Positions 10,286 to 19,811 of a stretch of 52,385 nucleotides of DNA are shown in pieces (the first letter of the stretch is position 1; every line of letters starts with the position of its first letter). This stretch comes from a virus (taxonomy: Duplodnaviria; Caudoviricetes). The notes under the pieces are model-generated. The model saw nothing but the letters and a program-made list of their open reading frames with translations, made no database searches and had not been told where the DNA came from. The position numbers were made by a program, and so were the translations under genes. The stretch lies in IMG/VR virus record IMGVR_UViG_3300035070_002282, positions 1 to 52,385 of that record; one strand, written 5' to 3'.

Positions 10286-10639
10286 ATGGACGAACGATTA
10301 GAAAAGGCATTGCACTTTTCAAACTATATGGTCACGTTGAACAATCAAAAGCGTGTGCTTAAAGAAAGATTTCGCGAGCAAACGTTATACTATTATCAAG
10401 GTGGCCAGTTTACTGTAACAAAAGAACTTATGACTTTTGTTGGTATGTTAGTAGAACAAGGCAATGATGAAGATATTGTTTTAGTAGACGATAACGAAAC
10501 TCCGATTATGGTAAAAGATTTGACAGAGTTTCAAGGTGAGATCTTAAATACTTATTTTGCAGCAGCAAATGAATATCATGCAGAGTATCAAAATTTAAGA
10601 AAAAACAGAAGCGTGGAGGCACTAGTTGGTTACGAGTAA
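10286..10639 (+). CDS. hypothetical protein (possibly tail-fibre-assembly/DUF4376-like)
   Basis: AGGAG RBS; 117 aa; 'YYQGGQF...LVDDNETP' resembles tail assembly chaperone folds (weak). Confidence 0.55.
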   Translation: MDERLEKALHFSNYMVTLNNQKRVLKERFREQTLYYYQGGQFTVTKELMTFVGMLVEQGNDEDIVLVDDNETPIMVKDLTEFQGEILNTYFAAANEYHAEYQNLRKNRSVEALVGYE

Positions 10640-11513
10640 AGGTGTGCTTGTGTTTGCCCGCAATAATGCTCAGATAGATTATTGCAAACAGGCGTATGCA
10701 CTTGCAAAACGTGCCCGCAAATTTCTCGATGTTCCTACATCTATTGTAACCGATAGTACTGAATTTTTACTTAATGAATATCCGGATGCAGAACAAGTAT
10801 TTGACAAAATTATTAGTATTGTTTGGAAAGAAGAAGACTTAGCAGAAAATACTACATTATCAAAAACTGAAAATCATGCACTAAGAACATTCTATGATGG
10901 CACGTTAATTGAAAAAAAATTACATTTTAAAAACGAAACTCGTACACTAGCATACGAACTTAGTCCGTATGACGAAACATTGGTATTAGACACCGATGTT
11001 GTTATATGCAACAGCACTCTTAAGAAGTGTTTTGACCGAACACACGACTTTTTAATATATAGAACTTCATACGATCTAGCAAATAACGATCGTTCTACTG
11101 ACTTTGAACGTATATCTGACACTAGCGTAGATTTTTACTGGGCTACGTGTGTATTTTTTAGAAAGACTCCTACTAATAAATTGTTCTTCGATTTGTTGCA
11201 GCACATTCAAGAAAACTGGCCGCATTACAATAATATATTTCAAATTAATACACCTTATTATCGTAATGATTATAGCTTTGCTATTGCTATACATATAATG
11301 AATGGTTATCAACGAGGTGATTTTGCAAAAGATATGCCCGGAGTGCTATATTATACAACAGACAAAAGCATTTTATGGAAACTTAACGATACCGACATGT
11401 TATTGTTATTAGATAAACAAGGATACAGTGGAGAGTACACTCCGATTCGTACTAAAGGTGCAACTGTGCATGTTATGAATAAGTTTAGTTTGAATAGGTG
11501 CATCGATGGATAA
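10626..11513 (+). CDS. GT-A fold glycosyltransferase (GT8/mannosyltransferase-like)
   Basis: 'SPYDETLVLDTD' DxD motif, 'KGVLVFA' N-terminal strand; TTG start 6 nt after GGAGG. Confidence 0.7.
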   Translation: MVTSKGVLVFARNNAQIDYCKQAYALAKRARKFLDVPTSIVTDSTEFLLNEYPDAEQVFDKIISIVWKEEDLAENTTLSKTENHALRTFYDGTLIEKKLHFKNETRTLAYELSPYDETLVLDTDVVICNSTLKKCFDRTHDFLIYRTSYDLANNDRSTDFERISDTSVDFYWATCVFFRKTPTNKLFFDLLQHIQENWPHYNNIFQINTPYYRNDYSFAIAIHIMNGYQRGDFAKDMPGVLYYTTDKSILWKLNDTDMLLLLDKQGYSGEYTPIRTKGATVHVMNKFSLNRCIDG

Positions 11514-12336
11514 AGGATTTTTAATTTTTGCACAAGGCGAAGAATATATAAAGCAAGCATATCTAGCTGCATTAAGTATTACTGCTACAAAAAATTCTTA
11601 TCGCACTAGTATTGTTACATCTGATGTAGTTCCAAACGAATACAAGTGGGCATTTGACAAAATTATTCCTATTCCTTGGTATGAAGAAACCGATAGTAGA
11701 TTTCAAACTGAGCATCGTTGGAAATTGTATCATGCAACTCCCTACAACGAAACAATTGTATTAGATGCAGACGTATTAGTATTGCAAGATTTAGATTACA
11801 TATGGAAGTTTTTTGAAAATTACGATTTATACTTTCCTACTAGGGTGTTTACGTATAGAAAAGATTTAGTAACTAGCGATTTTTATCGAAAAGCATTTAC
11901 AGCAAACAACTTGCCTAATGTATATAATGCTTTACATTTCTTTAAAAAGAGCGAGAAAAGTAAAGAATTTTATACATGGGTAGAACTTATTACTAATAAC
12001 TGGGAATTGTTTTATGGAAAATTTTGTAAAGAGTTTTTTCCTAAACAGCCTAGTATGGACATTACGTGTGCAATTGCTGCAAAAATTATGGACATAGATG
12101 CAGATATTACAAATGTAAAACAAGACATGCCGATGTTAGTACACATGAAACCTAAAATACAAAATTGGGTACAGGATACTGAAACTTGGGGTAATAGAGT
12201 TGGCATATATCTAACTGACGACTTAAAACTCAAAGTAGGTAACCATTTACAAGATACTGTGTTTCATTATGTAGATAACGATTTTGTTACAGATAAAATT
12301 ATAGGAAAATATGAAAATGCAGTTCGTAACATTTAA
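11506..12336 (+). CDS. GT-A fold glycosyltransferase (paralog of previous gene)
   Basis: 'TPYNETIVLDAD' DxD; 'KGFLIFA'; 'FFKK...F' shared with the previous gene. Confidence 0.7.
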   Translation: MDKGFLIFAQGEEYIKQAYLAALSITATKNSYRTSIVTSDVVPNEYKWAFDKIIPIPWYEETDSRFQTEHRWKLYHATPYNETIVLDADVLVLQDLDYIWKFFENYDLYFPTRVFTYRKDLVTSDFYRKAFTANNLPNVYNALHFFKKSEKSKEFYTWVELITNNWELFYGKFCKEFFPKQPSMDITCAIAAKIMDIDADITNVKQDMPMLVHMKPKIQNWVQDTETWGNRVGIYLTDDLKLKVGNHLQDTVFHYVDNDFVTDKIIGKYENAVRNI

Positions 12337-12880
12337 CAAAGATACAGGAGAAATCATTAGTATTGGTAACGAGGCTGATGAAGGATCAAATTATATTGAA
12401 GTAGAACTAGATGCAGTGCGTTCACTTAAGAAAGGTATTGAACCTTTTTCTAATTATCGTGTAGAATATAATCCTAAAACAAAAACAATAGAACTTATAT
12501 CTGTTGCAGAAAATATCTTTGATGTAGCGTCTGTTACAGATTTTATATATGAAATTCCACAGGACGAAATATCAGAACCTGACATATCTATAATTCAAGA
12601 CATACCTAATAAGTGTTGGAAAATTGCTGTCGGCAAAACGTTAAGAAGAAATATTAGAGAAAAGGGCATAAGTTTAAATACTTCAATGATGTTTAGTATA
12701 ACTGCTAACGGTGACCCCAACGTATTATACAAAACTCTGATTGTACACACAGGGCAGACTGTTAACGATAACTACTGTATAATGCCGTTTTCAATGCCGT
12801 TTGAAACTACTAATGAACCTGTAAGCATATACACTGCTAGAAGGTTTGACACTTACCAGTTTAAGAGGTTGTATGAATAA
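12311..12880 (+). CDS. hypothetical protein
   Basis: 189-aa ORF overlapping its neighbours in the operon. Confidence 0.6.
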   Translation: MKMQFVTFNKDTGEIISIGNEADEGSNYIEVELDAVRSLKKGIEPFSNYRVEYNPKTKTIELISVAENIFDVASVTDFIYEIPQDEISEPDISIIQDIPNKCWKIAVGKTLRRNIREKGISLNTSMMFSITANGDPNVLYKTLIVHTGQTVNDNYCIMPFSMPFETTNEPVSIYTARRFDTYQFKRLYE

Positions 12881-13766
12881 GATTAGAGTTGTTGACCAGG
12901 ATATAATTTTTTTAAGTTATGACGAACCCAACGCAGAAAAAAACTATGCAGATTTGTGCAATAAAATTCCTTGGGCAAAGAGAGTTCACGGAGTTGACGG
13001 CAGTGATGCTGCACACAAAGCATGTGCTGATTTATCAGAAACTGAATACTTTGTTACTGTAGATGCAGACAACATTGTTAATCCAGAATTTTTAAACGTT
13101 GAGATTGACTTAGACAGTCTTGGTCTAACTTCGGACTATGTGTTTAGTTGGTGCGGCAAAGTACACGTTAACGGACTAATGTATGGCAATGGCGGATTAA
13201 AATTATGGACACGTAAATTTGTTCATAATATGAAAACACACGAAGCGTCAGCAGACGACGATGACAAAGGTTTAGTAGAGTTCTGCTTTGACGACAAATA
13301 TCATCAGTTTAATGAAAGCTACAGTACATCATATACCAATGCAACGCCGTGGCAATCTTGGAGAGCAGGATTTCGTGAAGGTGTTAAAATGTGCTTAGAC
13401 CAAGGCACGAAAGTAAAAGATCTGCGTAAGACTTGGTGGCAAAATTTTGACCGACAGCGTATTTGGTGCTCAGTAGGTGCTGATGTAGAAAACGGTATGT
13501 GGAGTATGTTTGGCGCTCGCCAAGGGCTATACATGACAATGTGTACAGATTGGAATCATGCAAATGTGCGTGATTTTAAATATCTAAATACATTTTGGGA
13601 TCAACTCGAAGTAACAGAAGAAAATTTATTAGAAACAATCGAAGACTTAGGCGATAAAATTAGATCAAACTTAGGCATTGAAATTGGCGAACTAGATGCA
13701 AATAGCAGTCACTTTTTTAAATCAGTTTATCAAAACACACCGAGGGTGGTAAGAACACGCAAATGA
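12873..13766 (+). CDS. GT2-like glycosyltransferase
   Basis: 'DIIFLSYDE', 'FVTVDADN' DxD, 'YGNGGLKL', 'WRAGFRE.VK'; ATG 12873 preferred over TTG 12846. Confidence 0.65.
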   Translation: MNKIRVVDQDIIFLSYDEPNAEKNYADLCNKIPWAKRVHGVDGSDAAHKACADLSETEYFVTVDADNIVNPEFLNVEIDLDSLGLTSDYVFSWCGKVHVNGLMYGNGGLKLWTRKFVHNMKTHEASADDDDKGLVEFCFDDKYHQFNESYSTSYTNATPWQSWRAGFREGVKMCLDQGTKVKDLRKTWWQNFDRQRIWCSVGADVENGMWSMFGARQGLYMTMCTDWNHANVRDFKYLNTFWDQLEVTEENLLETIEDLGDKIRSNLGIEIGELDANSSHFFKSVYQNTPRVVRTRK

Positions 13767-15142
13767 ATAATGAACTAGACAGAATTAAAAATGTAATACC
13801 GATTACAAATAAAGCAGTCAGTCCAACTTTTTGCATGGCAAAGTGGCATCACACTACAATTTATTTGCAAACAGGTGAAACACATAGTTGTTATCATCCA
13901 GCCCCACATAAGATTCCACTTGAAGAAATTGCAGATAATCCAAGTGCATTACACAACACAAAAGAAAAAAAAGATCAACGCAGGCAAATGATGCAAGGCA
14001 AACAGCCAGCTGGTTGTAACTATTGTTGGAAAATTGAAGCAATGGGTAAAGACTATGTTAGCGATAGGCATATTAAAACAGCGAGTATCTATACTCCTGA
14101 AAGACTAACAGAAATTAAAGATAATGGATTTAATTATGACATCAACCCTGAATATATTGAGATTAGCTTCTCTAACGAATGTAACTTTAAGTGCGGCTAT
14201 TGTCACCCCAAAGCCAGCAGCAGATACTACAACGAAATCAAAACGCACGGTCCCTACACTAGCAGCACCGACCACAGACAAGACATAGACTGGTTTAAAA
14301 TTTACCAAAAAGAAGAAGACAATCCTTATGTAGATGCATGGTGGAAGTGGTGGCCCGAAGTTAGCAAAACATTAAACATCTTGCGTATTACTGGCGGTGA
14401 ACCTCTAATGCACAAAAGTACATGGGAATTATTTGAACGGTTAGATAATGACCCTAAGCCTAAATTACAAATTGAAATAAACAGTAATATGGGAGTTAAG
14501 CCTGCTCTTGTTAAGCGTCTTACTGAAACAGTCAAGCGCCTCAAAGACGAGGGTAAGATTCGTAGTTTTAAACTGTATACAAGTATCGACACTTGGACAG
14601 AACGTGCCGAATACACACGTACTGGACTAGACATTAAGCTGTGGGAACAAAACTTAGATTACTATCTAAGTAACACAGGATGGCCAGTTACGTTTATGAT
14701 TACATTTAATCTCTTTAGTGTTACAAGTTTTAATACATTACTACAAAAGATTTTAGACTGGCGTGTAAAGTATAACAGCGATACTAACGAGTCGCAGTGG
14801 CAACGTGTACGTTTTGACACTCCTCATTTAAAAGAGCCTAGCATCTACGACATGAATATTCTTCCTAAAGAAAATTTTATGCCTTACATGCACAGTCATT
14901 TACAGTTTATTAAAGATAACATAGATGACACAGACCGCACTAAGTTCACTAGTTTAGAATTTGAAAAATTTAAACGAGTTGTTGACTATATGGAAACAAC
15001 GCACTACGAAGAAGCACGTTTAAAATCTGCACATAAAAACTTTTACAATTGGTTTGCACAGCACGATAAAAGACGCAATACTAGCTTAGTAGAATCATTT
15101 CCGGAGTTAAAAGAATTTTATGAAAACTGCAAAAACACTTAA
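13763..15142 (+). CDS. radical SAM protein with N-terminal SPASM/twitch-like Cys domain
   Basis: CNFKCGYC, TGGEP; N-terminal FCMAKW..SCYH..CNYCW. Confidence 0.9.
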   Translation: MNNELDRIKNVIPITNKAVSPTFCMAKWHHTTIYLQTGETHSCYHPAPHKIPLEEIADNPSALHNTKEKKDQRRQMMQGKQPAGCNYCWKIEAMGKDYVSDRHIKTASIYTPERLTEIKDNGFNYDINPEYIEISFSNECNFKCGYCHPKASSRYYNEIKTHGPYTSSTDHRQDIDWFKIYQKEEDNPYVDAWWKWWPEVSKTLNILRITGGEPLMHKSTWELFERLDNDPKPKLQIEINSNMGVKPALVKRLTETVKRLKDEGKIRSFKLYTSIDTWTERAEYTRTGLDIKLWEQNLDYYLSNTGWPVTFMITFNLFSVTSFNTLLQKILDWRVKYNSDTNESQWQRVRFDTPHLKEPSIYDMNILPKENFMPYMHSHLQFIKDNIDDTDRTKFTSLEFEKFKRVVDYMETTHYEEARLKSAHKNFYNWFAQHDKRRNTSLVESFPELKEFYENCKNT

Positions 15143-16427
15143 ATTTTTATACCAATGGATTGGACCGCATGGGCCTATTACAAACACTAGAGTTCCAAAT
15201 CTAGTTGATTTTGCAGTAGCAGGTAAATTAGCAGGTGTAAATACTCCTGTTAATTCCGAGTTCGGCGATTTAAATAGACAGCCTTATTTTTATGAAAAGT
15301 TTAAAGAAGAAGATGTTGTTATTGCATCTACTTGTACTACTCCTACCGGCAAAGCATTATACGAAATAAATTTTTGTAATTACCATTATAGAGACTGGAG
15401 AAAGCTATTTTCAACATCTGACGGCATTATGCAAGAGCAACTGTTTTATATTAGAGGATTTGAAGAGGCTAATATCTATGCATTAGTAACAGTGCTCTAT
15501 GAAGGCTGGGTACACGATAAGTTTTTTGATGAACTGCATAAGTTTTTTGAGCATTTAAAATTTCCGTTAGAAAGAGTAGTGTACGTAAATAATTGTTACA
15601 ATGGTGAAGAAATTTATAAAAATTATTGTGAACGAAGAAGCATCACTCCTAGTATTAATGTAGAATATTTTCCTTCTTTTAGATTTGACAAAACTAACCT
15701 AGAGCATGTTAGTGAAAAATATAAAAACATAGAATATGTTCCTGGTCCAAGAAAGAAAGATTTTTTGTGTTTCCAGCGTAGATGGAGCGATCATAGGGTA
15801 GCATTTTATTTAGACATGCATCGTAAAGGACTGTTAGATAAGTTCTATATGAGTATGGATGCAACCCAACCTGAATCAGGCGCTTCGTATGAAAGTAATG
15901 CAGTGTACTTGGGACAACGCTATCCGCAGTTCAAATATACTACTGAAGAAATCAAAGATGCGCAAGCGTCATTGCCGTTAATTTTAGATACGCACAACTT
16001 TAGTAGTTACCCAATGGAATCAAACGAGTTCGATACTGAGCAATACTTTAAAGATTCACTAATAAATATTATTAGTGAAACATTCTTTTTCAATAAAGAA
16101 ATCCACATCACAGAAAAAACTTTTAAGCCTATTGCATTTATGCAACCGTTTATTATGATGGGAGCAGTTGGTAGTTTGCAACACGTTAAGGATATGGGAT
16201 TTAAAACATTTAGTGAGTTCTGGGATGAGAGCTACGACACTATTAGAAATGATGCAAAACGTTATGACAAGATTGTTAAACTTGTAGAAGAGATCGCAGC
16301 GTGGAGTGAAGAAAAGAAACTAGAGTTTAGTTACAATGTAAAGGATATTGTTGAGTTTAATTCAAAACATTTTGCAACAATGGAACATGTTGAACTAGAA
16401 AACTTTAAAAACAAATATGGAAATTAA
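15120..16427 (+). CDS. putative GT-B glycosyltransferase (GT10/fucosyltransferase-like C-terminal motif)
   Basis: 'SLINIISETFF...ITEKTFKPI...PFI..G....L...GFKTF...DESYD' motif. Confidence 0.5.
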   Translation: MKTAKTLKFLYQWIGPHGPITNTRVPNLVDFAVAGKLAGVNTPVNSEFGDLNRQPYFYEKFKEEDVVIASTCTTPTGKALYEINFCNYHYRDWRKLFSTSDGIMQEQLFYIRGFEEANIYALVTVLYEGWVHDKFFDELHKFFEHLKFPLERVVYVNNCYNGEEIYKNYCERRSITPSINVEYFPSFRFDKTNLEHVSEKYKNIEYVPGPRKKDFLCFQRRWSDHRVAFYLDMHRKGLLDKFYMSMDATQPESGASYESNAVYLGQRYPQFKYTTEEIKDAQASLPLILDTHNFSSYPMESNEFDTEQYFKDSLINIISETFFFNKEIHITEKTFKPIAFMQPFIMMGAVGSLQHVKDMGFKTFSEFWDESYDTIRNDAKRYDKIVKLVEEIAAWSEEKKLEFSYNVKDIVEFNSKHFATMEHVELENFKNKYGN

Positions 16428-16430
16428 TAC

Positions 16431-17399
16431 ATGAAGAAAATATTAGTAACAGGCGCTGGTGGATTTATTGGATACCATTTAGTAAAAAATCTAAAACATC
16501 AAGGGCATTACGTAGTTGGAGCAGATATTAAAGAACCGTTGTATGACCAAACTCACGCTGATGAATTTTATTTGTACGACTTGCGCGATCCTCGACGAGT
16601 AGAAGAATTAATTTCTGGAAAGGAATTTGACGAAATTTACCAACTTGCAGCCGATATGGGCGGCACAGGGTATATTGCAATTAGCGACCACGATAGTGCA
16701 ATTATGCACAATTCGGCAATGATTAATTTAAATATGATTCATGCTGCTGCACAACATCTTGTTCCAAAGATTCTTTATACAAGCAGTGCATGTGTATACC
16801 CCGAGCGTAATCAGACCGATCCAGACAATCCGTTATGTTCTGAATCAAGTGCATATCCTGCAGAGCCCGATACAGAGTACGGTTGGGAAAAATTGTTTAG
16901 TGAACGCTTATATCTAACATACGCTAAAAATTATGGCATTGATGCTAAGGTAGTAAGATTGCATAATGTATTTGGCCCGCAAGGAAGTTGGAACGACGGT
17001 AAAGAAAAAGCACCAGCTGCACTATGCCGCAAAGTTGCTGAAAGTAACGGCTCAGTAGACATTTGGGGACCAGGCAATCAAACACGTAGTTTTTTATATA
17101 TCGATGAATGTGTTGAAGGGTTAAAACGAATTATGCATAGTAACATTGATTTTCCTATTAATTTAGGTAGTGAACGTATGATTAGTATTAATGACCTTGC
17201 AAGATTAATTGCACAAATTGCTGGAAAGAATACAATTGAAATTAATAATGTACAAGGACCTGTCGGTGTAATGGGACGCTCTAGTCATAACGAGCTACTC
17301 GAAAAAAGTCTAGGGTGGCGTCCTAGCGAGGATTTAGAATACGGATTGTCAAAAACATATCCTTGGATTAAGGAACAGGTAGATGCTAGTATACAGTAA
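16431..17399 (+). CDS. NAD-dependent nucleotide-sugar epimerase, GDP-mannose 3,5-epimerase-like
   Basis: VTGAGGFIG, LAADMGG.GYI, SSACVYP, YGWEK, GKEKAPAALCRK, QTRSF motifs. Confidence 0.9.
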   Translation: MKKILVTGAGGFIGYHLVKNLKHQGHYVVGADIKEPLYDQTHADEFYLYDLRDPRRVEELISGKEFDEIYQLAADMGGTGYIAISDHDSAIMHNSAMINLNMIHAAAQHLVPKILYTSSACVYPERNQTDPDNPLCSESSAYPAEPDTEYGWEKLFSERLYLTYAKNYGIDAKVVRLHNVFGPQGSWNDGKEKAPAALCRKVAESNGSVDIWGPGNQTRSFLYIDECVEGLKRIMHSNIDFPINLGSERMISINDLARLIAQIAGKNTIEINNVQGPVGVMGRSSHNELLEKSLGWRPSEDLEYGLSKTYPWIKEQVDASIQ

Positions 17400-18519
17400 G
17401 TCGGGTAAAAAATGGGGGCATGATTATGTGTTTACAGAGTATAACAAGTTAACTGATGTTAATTTAAATGATGACAACATAACATATTACCATCATCCTT
17501 ACGATAGCTTAATGGAGAACATTCCGTTACACAACGCTGTTAACGGTGCAAACTGGCAGCACATTAAAAACAATCCCACTGTAAGATTAATGCACGACAA
17601 CAATTCTGAAACATTCGATATTAGTTTTGTTAACGATGTAGTAAAAACAATTAAGATGCACGAAATTGATCCTGCACAACTAACCCTAATAGTTATGGAT
17701 GAAAATCATAGAGATTATCTTATTCGAATGTTAAAAACACACGAGATTGAAGGAGTCGATATTCAAGTTTATAATTATTTACTTACTGAAGTGGCATTGC
17801 CGCAATACGAATTATCTCCAACTAAGTTGTTTAGTTCGCTAAGTAGAAATTATAGAAATTGGAGATTAAGATTATATGTTGAACTATTAGAAAAAGGAAT
17901 TTTAGAAAACAACTTTATCTATTCTTTTTTCAATATATGGCCGTATTGTAACCCTCCTAAGACATTCTCTAAAAGTATTATGTTAGAAGATCTAAAAAAA
18001 ATAGGATTTACAAATATAACCAAGGATGTAAAAAGGTGGCTTAAACAGTGCCCACATGAATTGCCGACTGACACAATTGTAAACTCAACAGACGTATTAA
18101 ATAAATGGTCAAACATTACGTATGATGCAATTCAATCATCTAATATTCACATTATTATTGAAACACACTACGATCAAAAAGGCTACTCTGAAGAAACAAT
18201 GTACGACAGAGATTTTGCACCTAGTAGTATTACAGAAAAGGCGTATAAAGCAATCGCATGTCGCAGGCCCTTTATCGCTTTTTCAACTCCGTTTTGGTTA
18301 CAAGACTTGCGTAATTTAGGGTTTAAAACATTTAGTGGCATAATTGATGAAAGCTATGATCGTGCAACCGATAATAGTGTTCGACTAAATATGATTGTAA
18401 ATGAAATAGAGCGTATTTCAAAATTGCCTGCTGACGAACTTAACCAGTTAGTTACAGCATGTCAAGAGATTGCAGATTATAATTATAATAAATTAGTGGA
18501 AAAACAAAATGCACGATGA
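17383..18519 (+). CDS. putative GT-B glycosyltransferase (GT10-like motif), paralog
   Basis: 'IHIIIET...ITEKAYKAI...PFI...LRNLGFKTF...DESYD'. Confidence 0.5.
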   Translation: MLVYSKSGKKWGHDYVFTEYNKLTDVNLNDDNITYYHHPYDSLMENIPLHNAVNGANWQHIKNNPTVRLMHDNNSETFDISFVNDVVKTIKMHEIDPAQLTLIVMDENHRDYLIRMLKTHEIEGVDIQVYNYLLTEVALPQYELSPTKLFSSLSRNYRNWRLRLYVELLEKGILENNFIYSFFNIWPYCNPPKTFSKSIMLEDLKKIGFTNITKDVKRWLKQCPHELPTDTIVNSTDVLNKWSNITYDAIQSSNIHIIIETHYDQKGYSEETMYDRDFAPSSITEKAYKAIACRRPFIAFSTPFWLQDLRNLGFKTFSGIIDESYDRATDNSVRLNMIVNEIERISKLPADELNQLVTACQEIADYNYNKLVEKQNAR

Positions 18520-19204
18520 AGTTTACCAATTTTTTAATGAACTAATTAATGTAAAGCGTCCAGCAACACATTACGACGAGCCAGCACGTATATGGATAAT
18601 TGACAATTTCTTACCAGCTAATATTTTTAAAGAAGCAACAAATCAAATCAGTCTTATTACCGAATGGTTAACTTTTGAAAACGGTTACAGTAATAGCAAG
18701 CGTAAAGAATGTCGCAATTTAACAGAAGCTCCCATAGTTGAAACAATTGCAAACTGTTTTAATTCCTCCAAGACAGTTAATTGGTTAGAATCAATTACTG
18801 ACAGTGAGGGATTAATTCCTGACCCGCACTTTTTAGGTGGCGGATTATGCACTATCGCTTCTCAAAGCAAACTCGATCTACATACAGACTTTAATTGGAA
18901 CAATAGACTAAAGTTAAACAGAAGTGTAAATCTAATGTTATACTTAAACGAAGAATGGATAGAAGAATGGGGCGGAGCATTAGAGTTTTGGGACGATGAC
19001 AAAACAGAATGTATTCAAAAAGTAATGCCAAAGCCCAACAGACTTATATTCTGGGAATACGATACTAACTTAGTTCACGGATTTCCAAATAAACTAGAGA
19101 CTCCAGCGGATGTTACTAGAAATAATCTAATACATTTTTATTATACTAGTAACTCAACTTGGGACGAGGATCCTCGACGATCTCAGTTTATTAACAATGG
19201 CTAA
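18509..19204 (+). CDS. 2OG-Fe(II) oxygenase (prolyl-hydroxylase-like)
   Basis: 'DPHFLGGG...LDLHTDFN...LYLN..W...WGG.LE.W...HG...R' HxD..H triad. Confidence 0.85.
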   Translation: MHDEVYQFFNELINVKRPATHYDEPARIWIIDNFLPANIFKEATNQISLITEWLTFENGYSNSKRKECRNLTEAPIVETIANCFNSSKTVNWLESITDSEGLIPDPHFLGGGLCTIASQSKLDLHTDFNWNNRLKLNRSVNLMLYLNEEWIEEWGGALEFWDDDKTECIQKVMPKPNRLIFWEYDTNLVHGFPNKLETPADVTRNNLIHFYYTSNSTWDEDPRRSQFINNG

Positions 19205-19811
19205 TTTTCATTTAAACTCAAAAAAATACATTGACTCACTAACTTTTGCTGACAACGAAGTTATTGTTGAAATAGGCAGCGAACGGGGCGAAGGATCTAC
19301 AGCCTGGTTTGACAATATTGCTAAAGAACGTAATGTTGATTTTTATTCAGTTGATGTTAGTACATACGCACAGCAGCATCTACAATACTTACAGCATACA
19401 AATTTTATTGTAACTAATAGCGGAAGTACTTGGGCGCACAATGACTTGCCGAAGCTAGACAAAAAAATAAAAGTTTTATATCTTGACAATTATGACTGGT
19501 TGCATACTACTAGTAATCACAACGATAATGAAATTGCAATGATTGCTGCATATAGATTACGTGGTGTTACAATGTCAAATTTAAATTGTCAACAAGAGCA
19601 TCTAATGCAAATGATTGGATGCTTGCCTTACATGGCTACTAATTCTATTATTATTTGCGACGATACTCCGTTTCAAGAACATAGCGGAGTTTATATTGGA
19701 AAAAATGGCGCAGTAGTTCCTTATCTATTAAATTATGGGTATGATGTTGCATTTGGTCGCAGTCCTACTACAACGTGTAAAGAGGACAACGGGATTATTT
19801 TAGTAAGATGA
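19197..19811 (+). CDS. class I SAM-dependent methyltransferase-like protein
   Basis: 'IVEIGS.RG.GST', 'FYSVD', 'LYLD', 'IICDD'. Confidence 0.65.
   Translation: MANFHLNSKKYIDSLTFADNEVIVEIGSERGEGSTAWFDNIAKERNVDFYSVDVSTYAQQHLQYLQHTNFIVTNSGSTWAHNDLPKLDKKIKVLYLDNYDWLHTTSNHNDNEIAMIAAYRLRGVTMSNLNCQQEHLMQMIGCLPYMATNSIIICDDTPFQEHSGVYIGKNGAVVPYLLNYGYDVAFGRSPTTTCKEDNGIILVR

Noticed and set aside
10626-10640. Possible ACG start or mutated ATG (tACGAGTAAA) for the first glycosyltransferase
   Set aside because: An in-frame TTG at 10626 lies 6 nt after GGAGG and explains initiation without a lesion.
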